Source of the DNA: a virus
Taxonomy: Duplodnaviria; Caudoviricetes
IMG/VR virus record: IMGVR_UViG_3300029318_000086
Span: 1-26,049 of that record
Direction: 5' to 3' (one strand)
Length of the DNA: 26,049 nt
Shown here one piece after another: positions 9,074 to 19,168 of the stretch. Under the pieces are notes generated by a model that was given only the letters and a program-made list of their open reading frames with translations, searched no databases and was not told where the DNA came from. The first letter of the stretch is position 1. Each line of letters starts with the position of its first letter. The translations under genes and the position numbers were made by a program.

Positions 9074-12000
9074 TTAGAACGAAGCAACAGCACGAATGTC
9101 TTGAATCTTAGGAACGAATGCTGGATCGTCAGTTTTCAACACAATCTTGACTGCAAAAGATGTAAACTCTTGTAAATCAGCGACACTGTACTTGAGTTCT
9201 TGATAAGCAGATTGCTTTTCAACAACACTTGAAATACTATTTTCACTAGTTGCTAATTCTAATGTATCTGGTTCACCAGCAACGTTGAAATACTCCCACT
9301 CAATGTCATCGAAGTTTTCTTGACTAGATGCTTTCTTGAACTTGTAAAGAACACATACATTAGCAACGTCTTTTACGTTTGCAGTCAAACGAACATCGAT
9401 AGATGTTGCAGGGTTATCAATGAATACTTCTTTGGTTACATACTTAGCAGATGTAGATCCGTTCTTAGAAGTATCTTCAGCAACAAACTCTGTTCCATTG
9501 GTGTAACTAACACCCTTAACACGAAGAGTTAGTTTATCTTCATCTAATTGATCTGGATACTTAATATAATCCTCTATACGGAAGATGTCAGGTAATTGAT
9601 CGTCAGTTGTTCCATTTCTAGAATAGAGTGCATTTGTAGAAATAGCACCAGTAAAATCATCATTGATTGGTCTGTTGTCAACTCGAAGTGTTAACTTATT
9701 GGCATCTGCATCCCAGAATACAGATCTTCCACTAATTGAATTGGTATAAACATCAGCATCACCCGCAGAGGCAGGAGTAATGTTTCTAGCAACTACAATA
9801 ATTCCTTCAGGAATAGAAGCATTGTACTTAAGAGGATCTGAGTTAATTGTCACTGCGGTCAATCCAGAATCAAGACCACCAAATGTCAATGTTTCTCCTT
9901 TCTGGAAGAATTGAGTTGTAGAGATACGAACAAAGAGAATATTATTTGCTGCGTCTACTTTAACAATTCTTGCTTTTGCTTTGGATGTTTGACCTTCAAT
10001 CGATTGATCATTGGTAATAGTTGTTGCACCATTACCAGTAATAATAAACTGATATACTGGGAAGAATTCCAGAACCTGATCTCTTCTACCAAATCTATTT
10101 TCTTGACCGTTAGATTTGTCAATTCTGTTTGTGACAGTTTTAACACTGGCACTAGACAAGTCAATTACAGGACTTAAGTGTGATGTAGTAGAACTCAGCA
10201 TCAATTTATAAGTCAGTGAACCATCAATATTATTAATTGTCTCATTAATTGGTGATGCAATTAACTTCTGGTTAGTAAAGAAGTGAGGTTCATTTAAGAA
10301 TGTTTTCTCATAAGAAGTTTGAGAATATGATGTGTAATTCGTTGTGTTAGAATCCACAGGAATTACGTTTGTCGTCTTAACAAAACTTTCTAACTTAGTT
10401 CCAGTGTTGATGATGTATCTTACTTGTGGGAACAAAGTCTCAAACTTTCTATTATACGATGCATATACAGAACTACCACCACCAATAGAGTTAGTGGATG
10501 CATTTGTATCAGCAGTAATAGTATAAGAATCAATACCAGAATTAGAAACTTGGAACAATGTATTGTTCAAAGCACTAGCGGTGATACTAGCAACTTCTTG
10601 TGCAGTTCTGTAGAAAACATACGACTTACCAGATGTTTCAAATCCATTATCTCTATGCGTTACATTAATAACCTTGTTATTGTTTTTAAACAAGGTAGCA
10701 GTTGCATTTGTATTAGAACCAGCATTTGTTGCAAATGGATTTGATTCTAGCAGTGTGTATCCTAATGATTCATTTGTGAGTAGTAACTCAGCAGGTCTAT
10801 CAATAGCAAACTCTGCACGATATAGATTGAACTTAAGATCTTCAAAGATATCTTCAGACCAATTTTCAGTGTTCTGAGACTTGTACACAGAACCCAGAGA
10901 TGGTTGGGTAGTAATTACAGTGCTGGTTGAAATATCAGTCTCTCCCAACTTAGAAACCCACATTTCATAATCTGTAGAATCAGTTTCTACCGCTAGAGCA
11001 TATTCAGTATCATTCTGTAGATATACAGGATGATCAAACTCAAAGTTTGTTGGAGTTGTGGACTCTGTAACACCTGTAGAATCGGTTGCAATACCCATTC
11101 TAACAGCAGGTGTATCAATGACTACTTCAGTCTCAACAACACACCCTCCAGCGCCGTTACCAACGCCCTTGACTACTACAGCTGGTGCTTCGGTATATCC
11201 AAATCCAGATAGTGCTAAGTCAACGTTATATGCTTTTCCATTGGAAACTTGAATGCTTGCAGTAGCAACAGATCCACCTGGAAGTTGTGGACTTTCAATT
11301 GTTAGAAGTGCGCTATCATAGTTGTTTCCTGGATTTACAATATTGACAGCAGAAACTCTACCGCTATCTTTTGCCAATGTAAGTTTTAGAGCAGTTCCAT
11401 CGGTAGCATTAGCAAGAGTTACAGAAGGAATAATTAGATCTTCATTTTGAACGAAAGATTTACCGTTGTGGTTATCAAGAACCAATGTATAAACCATTTC
11501 ATTGGAAAGTCCAAAAACTCCTGTAGAAGATGGAACAAGGTCGATTCCATTTTTATCAATAACTTTTAAGATAGGACCAGATGCTGCAGAACTTGCTCCA
11601 GTAACAAATTCTCCTTTAGATACCTTAACGTTGCCATTTGTGTAACACTTAAGTAACGTATTTGGTAGCAATGATTTTTCTGTTCCAGGAATAATATTCT
11701 TTCCTGGTTTATCACTAGCAACATCTGTTAGATAAACTCTTAGAGGAATGTTCTTGCTCTTCTTAGCAAAGAAGAGATCAACACTAGTTACAAAACAACC
11801 ACCTTCAAAGTTCTCAACTTTAAATGTTTGTGCAAGTGGGTTAGGTCTTACAGGGTTATCTGTGTTATTGTCAATAAACTGAACACCTTCATTTGCTTTG
11901 AAGAATGCTGGTTTTGTGGAAACAATACTTGCAGGGTTTTCAGGAAGAACACCAGTTGCATAGTACTTAACTTCGGCATATGTATCTACGTCCGCTTTTG

Positions 12001-15000
12001 ACTCGTTAGTAGAACTAGATGTAAATCTGAATGTTTGAATGCCTGTAGTTACTCTAATTTCTTCCGCATCACTGTCGTAATCTACAGTGTTCAAATCTCC
12101 AGTCCAAGTAGAATTCTCTTTTGGAGGTGCGCCTGCAGGGAGTATAATAATTCCACTTGCATTTCCATTTTCATCTGTAGAAACTTCTCCATTGAACGCG
12201 GAAAGAGAACTACCAGCAATACCACTAAATCTCAAATCAGGATTGACCCAACGATTAATGTTTCTTCCTTCTAGGAATACAGAAATCTTTGTATTTGGTT
12301 TTAATCTACGAATTGTGTACTTAATTACATTAGATCTAGCAAAGAATGACAACGCTGTAGAAACAGTGCTGTCTCCAACAGTCTTAGATGAGACTCCCTT
12401 ACCAATTTGATTGTTATTAGGACTAATGTTAGAAGAACTTCCTACTTTTGCACTATCAACAGATGCATTTGCTGCTAGAGAAGATACTTCTCCTAAAGAA
12501 TTGATAGAAGTGAAACTAGAAGATGTTCCAACCCAGTTAACAACAAAGGAATTGAAAAGACTGGAGAAACTTTCGACTACAGATTCTTTTGCCAAGAAAA
12601 TATTAAACAAACTAGTGTTAGTATCAACAACTAGAGGATCTACAGTTTGATCATACCATTGATCAATTGAAGGTGAGATTGATGCGTCACCAACATACTG
12701 AAGAACAACAAATGGATTTGGATTTGCCTTCTTAGAAGCAAAACTATTTCCTAGTAAAGAAAGAGATGTGTATGGTAGAGTAATAATATCTCCAGACTTC
12801 TTATATCCAGATACGATTCTCTGATCATCTCTTACATTGACTTCTTTTAGTCTGATAGAATCTTCTTTTGCTTGTGGACGAAGAACAGACTGTTGACTAT
12901 CAATAGAACATCTATAATCTCTAGATGCAAGATTACCAACCCTATGCTCTTCAAAATTATCAACGAAGAAACCAGACTTGAATCTATCTAATCCAATCTC
13001 ATCTTTAATTTGCATGTTGAGTGCTTGCTGCTCAAGAATACTGAGAACAGTATAATATTCAAGACGCTCAATACGCTTCTCTAGTTTACCAATGTCGCGC
13101 ATTGTATAGCGACGATTATCAACAGAGGTAATTCTTACATCTTTACTGGTCTTAGTATATGCAGGAATATATGCATAGAAAAGTGGAACAGCATCACTAA
13201 CCGAATCTGGTTTAGTTGGATTGAGTGAAGAGTTACCTTCTTTTACAACAAACTCACCAGATTTATTGAGGAAGATACCATCAATACGATCGAGGTATTG
13301 TACTTGACTGAATGAGAAAGTAAATTCTAGGTTTGTGTCAGGTGCTGGGGAACTAGCATAGACTGCTCCTGGTCCTGCAAAGTTTCCATCTACAAGAGAA
13401 AGAGATGCAGTATCTTGGAAACCTGTGACAATTGTCTTACTGTCTACCTTAGGTCTGAAATCAAATACATTTTTGAGTTCTAAGTTTCCATGAACAACAG
13501 AGTTGAAAGAAGGAATTTCATCTTCTGTAACACCCGCTTCATGGAGGTAACTATCAATAGTACAGAAATCTCCCTGTGAATGGTTAAAGTAATCAAAACC
13601 GATAACTAGTTGACCAGTGGTTTGTTCAAATCCAGGTTTTAAAACTAGTCTAGAGACATCATATACAGTGTCTCTTTGACCATTATCAAAACTAAATCTA
13701 TCAGTTACATCTGTTCCAGAAATTAAGTTTCCAGCACTATCAATTTCTGGTGGTTGTGATACAGTTCCTTCATAAACATATCTTAGACGGAAAGCATCAG
13801 AGTAAGATAGAACTTCTACAACCTCACTGTCATATTGTGTTCCTCTGAATGGGATAACACGATCACCAGGAGATGTGATGACAATTTGCTTATTTCTAAT
13901 AACTGTCTTCAATCTTGGTTTTGCATTCTCTACTTCTAATGTTGCAGTGAGTTTTAATTTAGGGAACGTTCCATTAGAAGGAATGCTACCGAAATAATTT
14001 GAGTCTAATTCGAGACTCAAACTACCAGATGTTAAACCACTAGCAGTGTCAGTTGCAGAACTAATTGATACACTGTCAGCAGGAACATATACAATATCAC
14101 CTGCAGAAATATCAGGAGCATCACCTGGATCTAGAACTGTGATAATATAGTTGTTCTCATTAAATGCAGTAAATCTTTGTGTGCCAAATGGTAGTTGTGC
14201 TGCGAACGTAATAACACCACCACTACTTGAAGCAGTAGTAACAAAATCTCTACGGAAGAAATACTTGATATTTGTATCTTCTGTTCCTGCAGAAATTTGT
14301 TGAATCTGCTTACTACCAGTTGGGAAAATTAGAGAACCCTTACTAGCATTTTGAACTGCTGGTCTGAATACAACTACACTAGAATTAACAACATTTCCAG
14401 GAAGAAGAGTATCTAGATAAATTCTAGTTTTTGCGGTTCCTTCTTGATCAGTTGCATATTGTACAGTTGCTTTAACTGTATTATTATCTTCGTCACTAAA
14501 TTGAATAACATCTCCCTGAGATACTAGTCCAGATGCATCAGCACTGAAACTTGTAGATTCAATAAAGTTATATCCTTTAGATCCAAAGAATGTAAAGTCA
14601 GTGACGTTTTTAATCGTCGAATACTTTTTATCACTAACTACAACGTCTGCACTGAATGTATTTGCATTACCAGAACCATATGAACAACCAACAGACTTGA
14701 CATTCTGTGGTGTAAATGTAGTTACAGTATTTTTAAATAGTACTGGTGTGATATTTGCAGCAGGGGATGGAGATCCAGATCCCGCAGGTTGCTCAATTGT
14801 TACAGATGGTGGTTGTGGATACTGAGTCTTGAATGCAGTCCTATCTTTGATAAGTGCTTGTAGAATGTTTCCAGAAGAACTGATATTTAATTCAATCTTA
14901 GAAGCATCAATAGCAACACCATTCAATTTAATTAAAGATGCAGAGTTATAATTACCACCTCTGTTTTGAATGATGAAATGAGAGACTGTGTTTTCCGAAG

Positions 15001-17194
15001 CAATTTTTACTGTGTTTGCATCTTCATCTCTTAGAGTTTCTCCAGGTAAGAACTTACCAAATAGAGTTTTAACAAACAGAATATTATTTGTTGAATATCT
15101 TCCAGCAGAAGTCTCTTCAATTACACCGTATGCTCCACTTTGTGTTCCAAAGATATACTTACCACCTTTGAATGTGTTTGGTGGTTGCTTCTCTAAAAGA
15201 ATTTTTGTGAAGAATGTTGGATCAAAATAAGATAGACCAAAAATACTATTATATGAAGGGGTTCCTTCAGCAAGGCGACCCTTAGAAAGAATGATATCAG
15301 AATCAGAATTAAATCCAGATCCTTTTTGCTGTAAGTAGAAGTTATTTGGTTTTACTTTACCAATTAGTGGGGTAATTGTTGGACTATAATCAACAACACG
15401 ACCAAACTGCAAATCATTTCTAGCATCTGATTCGGAAAGATAGATGACTCTATAATCACCAGAATCTTCACCATCATAATCATTTAAAAGTAGTTCTACT
15501 TCATCTTTTTTACCTACAACAGTAAGTTCTAAGAAAAATTCTGCAGCAGAAGAATTGACTAAGAAGTTGTTTACTTTTGCATAAGATAAACACTTGAGTG
15601 TTGTCGTAACAACATCACTGCCAGTTCTAGTCTTGATAACATGGAGTTCATTAATGTTTGGACCGCCACTCTTGGTTCCTGCCAAAGCTTCTTCATCAAC
15701 TTGACCAATATTAAATGTTGCACTGGTCATCTGAATCCAGATGGTTTTAATACCATCTTCTGCAGAGAAGTTAGTTCCTCTTCTGGAAATAGTTTGACGA
15801 TGTGCAGTAGATAATTCTGTATTGCTAGAACCATCACTACCATCATTAAATGATGTGAATAGATTAATTTCAGGATATGCTGTTAGTTCGGATCCTTCTT
15901 TGTTTAGAGGAACACTACCAAATACGTTAGTAATACTGAAAGTTGGAAGACCTCTAGACTTTAGAGTTACATTGTCACTGGCAAGACTTTCTCTTGCTTT
16001 ATTAATTTCAATGTACTTGGTTTCTTTATTGACAATTTCAAAACCTTTGATGTATGCTTTACCAGGACCAATACTAGCAATCATCTTTCTAGATGCTTCG
16101 CCAGCAGTTAGATTGTTGTAAAGACCAAATTCGTCAGCACCATAGATACCACGATTTCCTTCTTTTTGTGCATACTCTCTAACATCAATAGAGAAGTTCT
16201 CTACAACATAATCTCCAGACTCATCAAAAGTTCTACGTGCTAAAGTTTGCTCAAGAAGATTGTAATCAGCAACACTTACTTTCCTTCTAATTACTCCTCT
16301 AGAAACAGTAAGTAACTGGATAAAGTTTTTATCAGTTACAGCATCTAGAGCAAACTCTTTTAGAGATAAACTAATTTTTAATCTGTGTGCTCCAGGTGCA
16401 GTTTGGTTTGATGCACCAATAGAATTATCATATAATGATGCGTCTTCTTCTGGAGTTACAATTTCCTCTTTAATTGTAAAACCAACTTTTGCGGATGGTT
16501 TGTTGTAATATTCATCAATGACTAGAATGGATGCGTCATTACGAACAAAATATCCATTAACAAAATAAATTCCTTCTTCTACTTGTACAGCAGAACCAAA
16601 ACCCATCGCTGGACTCTCTAGAGATGTTACTTCTCCAGTGTCAGGGTTTGTTACATTAATACTAGTAGGAAGAACGCTACCATCTGTTCCAACTACTAAC
16701 AGTGGAGTGTTAACACCATCTATAACTTCTAGTGTCTCACCTTGTCTAAAAGTAGACTCAGTATTAGAATTACCACTGTTAAGATAGTTTACATACAGAG
16801 TATCTGCAGAACTCTCTGTTGCTAACCTAGTTGACAGAATAGTTCCTTGAACACCAGAAGTTAGACCCAACACAGTCTGCCCTACCAACTGTGTGATATC
16901 ATACTTCTTATATACAATGTCATCTCCTTCGCTAACCGCTACCTCTGATACAGAGGATAGTTTAACAAAATCTAATTTTGTATTTAATCCAATTTCACCA
17001 GGGATGACCATCTCACCCTGTTTAAAAGAGAATTTACCAAAGCTTTCTACTTGGTTTTGAAGGATCGATTGTAACTGAGTTAGTTCCCTAGTTTGAATCG
17101 AATATCCAGGACGGAAAAGAATTTTATAGAAATTCTTATTCGCATCAAAATCCTCGTAGTAAGGGCTTACGTTAAGGTTAGTCTTCTGTGGCAT
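9074..17194 (-). CDS. Giant virion structural protein, DUF4815/VrlC-like (2706 aa)
   Basis: Family motifs include the N-terminus MPQKTNLNVSPYYEDFD..KNFYKILFRPG..IQTRELTQLQSILQNQ, plus APGAHRLKI, LARRTFDESGDY, RRYTMRDIGKLEKRIERLEYY, DRFKSGFFVDNF, NPLAQTF and the C-terminus PKIQDIRAVA. Confidence 0.9.
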   Translation of the reverse strand: MPQKTNLNVSPYYEDFDANKNFYKILFRPGYSIQTRELTQLQSILQNQVESFGKFSFKQGEMVIPGEIGLNTKLDFVKLSSVSEVAVSEGDDIVYKKYDITQLVGQTVLGLTSGVQGTILSTRLATESSADTLYVNYLNSGNSNTESTFRQGETLEVIDGVNTPLLVVGTDGSVLPTSINVTNPDTGEVTSLESPAMGFGSAVQVEEGIYFVNGYFVRNDASILVIDEYYNKPSAKVGFTIKEEIVTPEEDASLYDNSIGASNQTAPGAHRLKISLSLKEFALDAVTDKNFIQLLTVSRGVIRRKVSVADYNLLEQTLARRTFDESGDYVVENFSIDVREYAQKEGNRGIYGADEFGLYNNLTAGEASRKMIASIGPGKAYIKGFEIVNKETKYIEINKARESLASDNVTLKSRGLPTFSITNVFGSVPLNKEGSELTAYPEINLFTSFNDGSDGSSNTELSTAHRQTISRRGTNFSAEDGIKTIWIQMTSATFNIGQVDEEALAGTKSGGPNINELHVIKTRTGSDVVTTTLKCLSYAKVNNFLVNSSAAEFFLELTVVGKKDEVELLLNDYDGEDSGDYRVIYLSESDARNDLQFGRVVDYSPTITPLIGKVKPNNFYLQQKGSGFNSDSDIILSKGRLAEGTPSYNSIFGLSYFDPTFFTKILLEKQPPNTFKGGKYIFGTQSGAYGVIEETSAGRYSTNNILFVKTLFGKFLPGETLRDEDANTVKIASENTVSHFIIQNRGGNYNSASLIKLNGVAIDASKIELNISSSGNILQALIKDRTAFKTQYPQPPSVTIEQPAGSGSPSPAANITPVLFKNTVTTFTPQNVKSVGCSYGSGNANTFSADVVVSDKKYSTIKNVTDFTFFGSKGYNFIESTSFSADASGLVSQGDVIQFSDEDNNTVKATVQYATDQEGTAKTRIYLDTLLPGNVVNSSVVVFRPAVQNASKGSLIFPTGSKQIQQISAGTEDTNIKYFFRRDFVTTASSSGGVITFAAQLPFGTQRFTAFNENNYIITVLDPGDAPDISAGDIVYVPADSVSISSATDTASGLTSGSLSLELDSNYFGSIPSNGTFPKLKLTATLEVENAKPRLKTVIRNKQIVITSPGDRVIPFRGTQYDSEVVEVLSYSDAFRLRYVYEGTVSQPPEIDSAGNLISGTDVTDRFSFDNGQRDTVYDVSRLVLKPGFEQTTGQLVIGFDYFNHSQGDFCTIDSYLHEAGVTEDEIPSFNSVVHGNLELKNVFDFRPKVDSKTIVTGFQDTASLSLVDGNFAGPGAVYASSPAPDTNLEFTFSFSQVQYLDRIDGIFLNKSGEFVVKEGNSSLNPTKPDSVSDAVPLFYAYIPAYTKTSKDVRITSVDNRRYTMRDIGKLEKRIERLEYYTVLSILEQQALNMQIKDEIGLDRFKSGFFVDNFEEHRVGNLASRDYRCSIDSQQSVLRPQAKEDSIRLKEVNVRDDQRIVSGYKKSGDIITLPYTSLSLLGNSFASKKANPNPFVVLQYVGDASISPSIDQWYDQTVDPLVVDTNTSLFNIFLAKESVVESFSSLFNSFVVNWVGTSSSFTSINSLGEVSSLAANASVDSAKVGSSSNISPNNNQIGKGVSSKTVGDSTVSTALSFFARSNVIKYTIRRLKPNTKISVFLEGRNINRWVNPDLRFSGIAGSSLSAFNGEVSTDENGNASGIIILPAGAPPKENSTWTGDLNTVDYDSDAEEIRVTTGIQTFRFTSSSTNESKADVDTYAEVKYYATGVLPENPASIVSTKPAFFKANEGVQFIDNNTDNPVRPNPLAQTFKVENFEGGCFVTSVDLFFAKKSKNIPLRVYLTDVASDKPGKNIIPGTEKSLLPNTLLKCYTNGNVKVSKGEFVTGASSAASGPILKVIDKNGIDLVPSSTGVFGLSNEMVYTLVLDNHNGKSFVQNEDLIIPSVTLANATDGTALKLTLAKDSGRVSAVNIVNPGNNYDSALLTIESPQLPGGSVATASIQVSNGKAYNVDLALSGFGYTEAPAVVVKGVGNGAGGCVVETEVVIDTPAVRMGIATDSTGVTESTTPTNFEFDHPVYLQNDTEYALAVETDSTDYEMWVSKLGETDISTSTVITTQPSLGSVYKSQNTENWSEDIFEDLKFNLYRAEFAIDRPAELLLTNESLGYTLLESNPFATNAGSNTNATATLFKNNNKVINVTHRDNGFETSGKSYVFYRTAQEVASITASALNNTLFQVSNSGIDSYTITADTNASTNSIGGGSSVYASYNRKFETLFPQVRYIINTGTKLESFVKTTNVIPVDSNTTNYTSYSQTSYEKTFLNEPHFFTNQKLIASPINETINNIDGSLTYKLMLSSTTSHLSPVIDLSSASVKTVTNRIDKSNGQENRFGRRDQVLEFFPVYQFIITGNGATTITNDQSIEGQTSKAKARIVKVDAANNILFVRISTTQFFQKGETLTFGGLDSGLTAVTINSDPLKYNASIPEGIIVVARNITPASAGDADVYTNSISGRSVFWDADANKLTLRVDNRPINDDFTGAISTNALYSRNGTTDDQLPDIFRIEDYIKYPDQLDEDKLTLRVKGVSYTNGTEFVAEDTSKNGSTSAKYVTKEVFIDNPATSIDVRLTANVKDVANVCVLYKFKKASSQENFDDIEWEYFNVAGEPDTLELATSENSISSVVEKQSAYQELKYSVADLQEFTSFAVKIVLKTDDPAFVPKIQDIRAVASF

Positions 17195-17230
17195 TGTTTT
17201 CCGCCAAATACTAGTATTCTTTGTCCCTAG

Positions 17231-17238
17231 TATTTATA
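17231..17238 (-). promoter_or_regulatory. T4-type late promoter TATAAATA
   Basis: Perfect consensus (plus strand TATTTATA), intergenic, 36 nt upstream of the ATG at 17194 and just downstream of a terminator. Confidence 0.9.
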
Positions 17239-17243
17239 GAGAT

Positions 17244-17272
17244 AAAAAAAATCCCCCGATCTCTCGGGGGAC
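17244..17272 (-). terminator. Rho-independent terminator after gp8
   Basis: Minus strand reads TCCCCCGA-GAGA-TCGGGGGA-TTTTTTTT: a perfect 8-bp GC-rich stem, a GNRA tetraloop and an 8-U tract, about 20 nt after the gp8 stop. Confidence 0.93.
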
Positions 17273-17291
17273 TTAAGTTGTTTAATATGAA

Positions 17292-19106
17292 TCAGAATTC
17301 GATAACAAGTTTGATATCTTCGATTTGGTCAGGAGCACGAGTGATAAGACGACGGTTCTCAACGTAGATGATATCACCAGAGTTATTTTCGATCTCAGGT
17401 GCTGCTAGTCCACTTGCAAAAGTGACACCTAGTAGAGAAGAACCATATCCAGTGTCTACAGTACCTGAAGCGGTAGAACCTTCTCCAGTAATAGCGTTAG
17501 AACCATTAGACTCAAATGCTCTTACAACACCTTGATCTAGGTGAGCGTCATTTGTTTGGATATACTTAAGAACACCAGCGGTTGTAGAACCACTATCTAG
17601 TGTCCAAGAAACAACTGTGCCGTATGCAGTTCCACCCGAAACAGTTTGAGTGATCTTTTCATCAACGTTATAGTCTGCAGTAGCACCAGTAATCTTTACT
17701 GCTTTTAGACCAGAAAGTGTATCAGATGTTGCAAAGTTGGTTGTTCCCCAATCTAGAGGATCCTTGATAATACCGATTCTACGGAAGTCGTTATCTACAG
17801 GGAAGTCACCAGAACCTTCAGCATATGTTAGACGAATGTTCGTCATAACACGCTTACCATTTAGTTCTAGTTCGTGATCAGAACCATGTCCACCCTGTGG
17901 AGGCATTACAACTTCAATTGCGCCAACAGCAGAAGCACCAGTTGCAACAGCAGATGTTAGACCAGCATCAGAGAATAGGTTACCATTACCTAGGAGAACG
18001 TTACCATAGGTGTAACCTGATCCACGAGCATGAATGCTTGCAGAAGTGATAGTTCCAGAACCATCAGTGTCAAACTTGACAACACCATTACTTCCATCAC
18101 CCTTGATAGAAGTATAAAGAGTTTGAGAAGCAGGAAGACCTGATCCACCGTCCTCGATGAGAGCAACGTCGATTGCACCTGCTACAGCAAGAGCAACAAC
18201 TGCTTGACGAGATGCATCGGTGCTAAGAACGATTGGCATGAAGTCAGAAGAAAGGAACTTCAGAACATCATCGGTTGGAATCGTATACATGTACTTCCAG
18301 ATGTAACCAGCACCAGTGGTCTCAGTGTATAGACCAGTTGCAGATGCATAGTTGCCACCAGCAGTAGTTGGTTCTTCAGTTGCGTTTTGACCAGATGGGT
18401 TAGCAATATTTTCACCGTTATACAAGCACTTAAACACTTCGTAAGAAGAGTTCATTACATAGAACTTAGCGTCGGCAATGGCAGATTGACCTGTAGCAGT
18501 TGTTTTACCAACTTGACCACCGCCACCTGGAGTAGCAGAGTAGTCTGGTTTCCACATGTCAAACTTAGGGTTGGCAACCAAATCCCAGTTATAGCGGCGA
18601 ATTACAGTTCTTGCAAAACTTGTAGTGATTCTCTTCGCAGCAATAATTTCGTCGTAAACACTAATCTTTTCTCTCTGGTTATCCAAAGGAAGAGGTGGCA
18701 CATCCTCTGTTCCATAACGATATACGCCAGACTTAGCAGTAGCACCAGTATCAGAACCGCCTGCTCCACCAGTTCTTCCCTTAAGAGTAGAACCTAGAGT
18801 AGGAACAGAGTTAACACCAGCAGAACCAAAGATATCCGTGAGAAGTAAGGCACCGTCGTAGATGGCAGCAATCGTGCCTCTAAAAGCAGTCGAAGCATAC
18901 GTTCCAACGTAAACTTCTTGTCCTACGACAAATGCGGTAGAGTTCTTAGAATAAATTTCTAAGTATGCTCTCCATGGTTGTGGACGACCCACAAAGAAAT
19001 ACATTCTAGATCTCTCTGCACTGGCGTCGTTAGGACCTTCAGTAAGAGATTCCAGGAATTGTTTAGCATTAAAGATTCTAAACTTATCAGAGATAATAGC
19101 AGCCAT
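17292..19106 (-). CDS. gp8: Baseplate wedge subunit, T4 gp8 homologue (604 aa)
   Basis: Motifs are MAAIISDKFRIFNAKQFLES, YFFVGRPQPW, VIRRYNW, FYVMNSSYEVFKCLYNG, GYIWKYMYTIP, DFRRIGIIKDP and the C-terminus SGDIIYVENRRLITRAPDQIEDIKLVIEF. It lies directly downstream of gp7, as in T4. Confidence 0.93.
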   Translation of the reverse strand: MAAIISDKFRIFNAKQFLESLTEGPNDASAERSRMYFFVGRPQPWRAYLEIYSKNSTAFVVGQEVYVGTYASTAFRGTIAAIYDGALLLTDIFGSAGVNSVPTLGSTLKGRTGGAGGSDTGATAKSGVYRYGTEDVPPLPLDNQREKISVYDEIIAAKRITTSFARTVIRRYNWDLVANPKFDMWKPDYSATPGGGGQVGKTTATGQSAIADAKFYVMNSSYEVFKCLYNGENIANPSGQNATEEPTTAGGNYASATGLYTETTGAGYIWKYMYTIPTDDVLKFLSSDFMPIVLSTDASRQAVVALAVAGAIDVALIEDGGSGLPASQTLYTSIKGDGSNGVVKFDTDGSGTITSASIHARGSGYTYGNVLLGNGNLFSDAGLTSAVATGASAVGAIEVVMPPQGGHGSDHELELNGKRVMTNIRLTYAEGSGDFPVDNDFRRIGIIKDPLDWGTTNFATSDTLSGLKAVKITGATADYNVDEKITQTVSGGTAYGTVVSWTLDSGSTTAGVLKYIQTNDAHLDQGVVRAFESNGSNAITGEGSTASGTVDTGYGSSLLGVTFASGLAAPEIENNSGDIIYVENRRLITRAPDQIEDIKLVIEF

Positions 19107-19143
19107 TGGTTCTTGTTTCCGACGTGGTAATTTGTGCCTGTGT

Positions 19144-19168
19144 TATTTATATTTATACTGTATTTAGT
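19144..19168 (-). promoter_or_regulatory. Cluster of late promoter boxes upstream of gp8
   Basis: Two overlapping perfect TATAAATA boxes (19150-19157 and 19144-19151), plus ACTAAATA (19161-19168) overlapping the gp7 stop codon. Confidence 0.85.

Noticed and set aside
8941-9074. 10-bp direct repeat ACGCGGAACT at 8941-8950 and 9065-9074
   Set aside because: There are only two copies, one inside coding sequence. A nearby 10-mer match is expected by chance in 26 kb.
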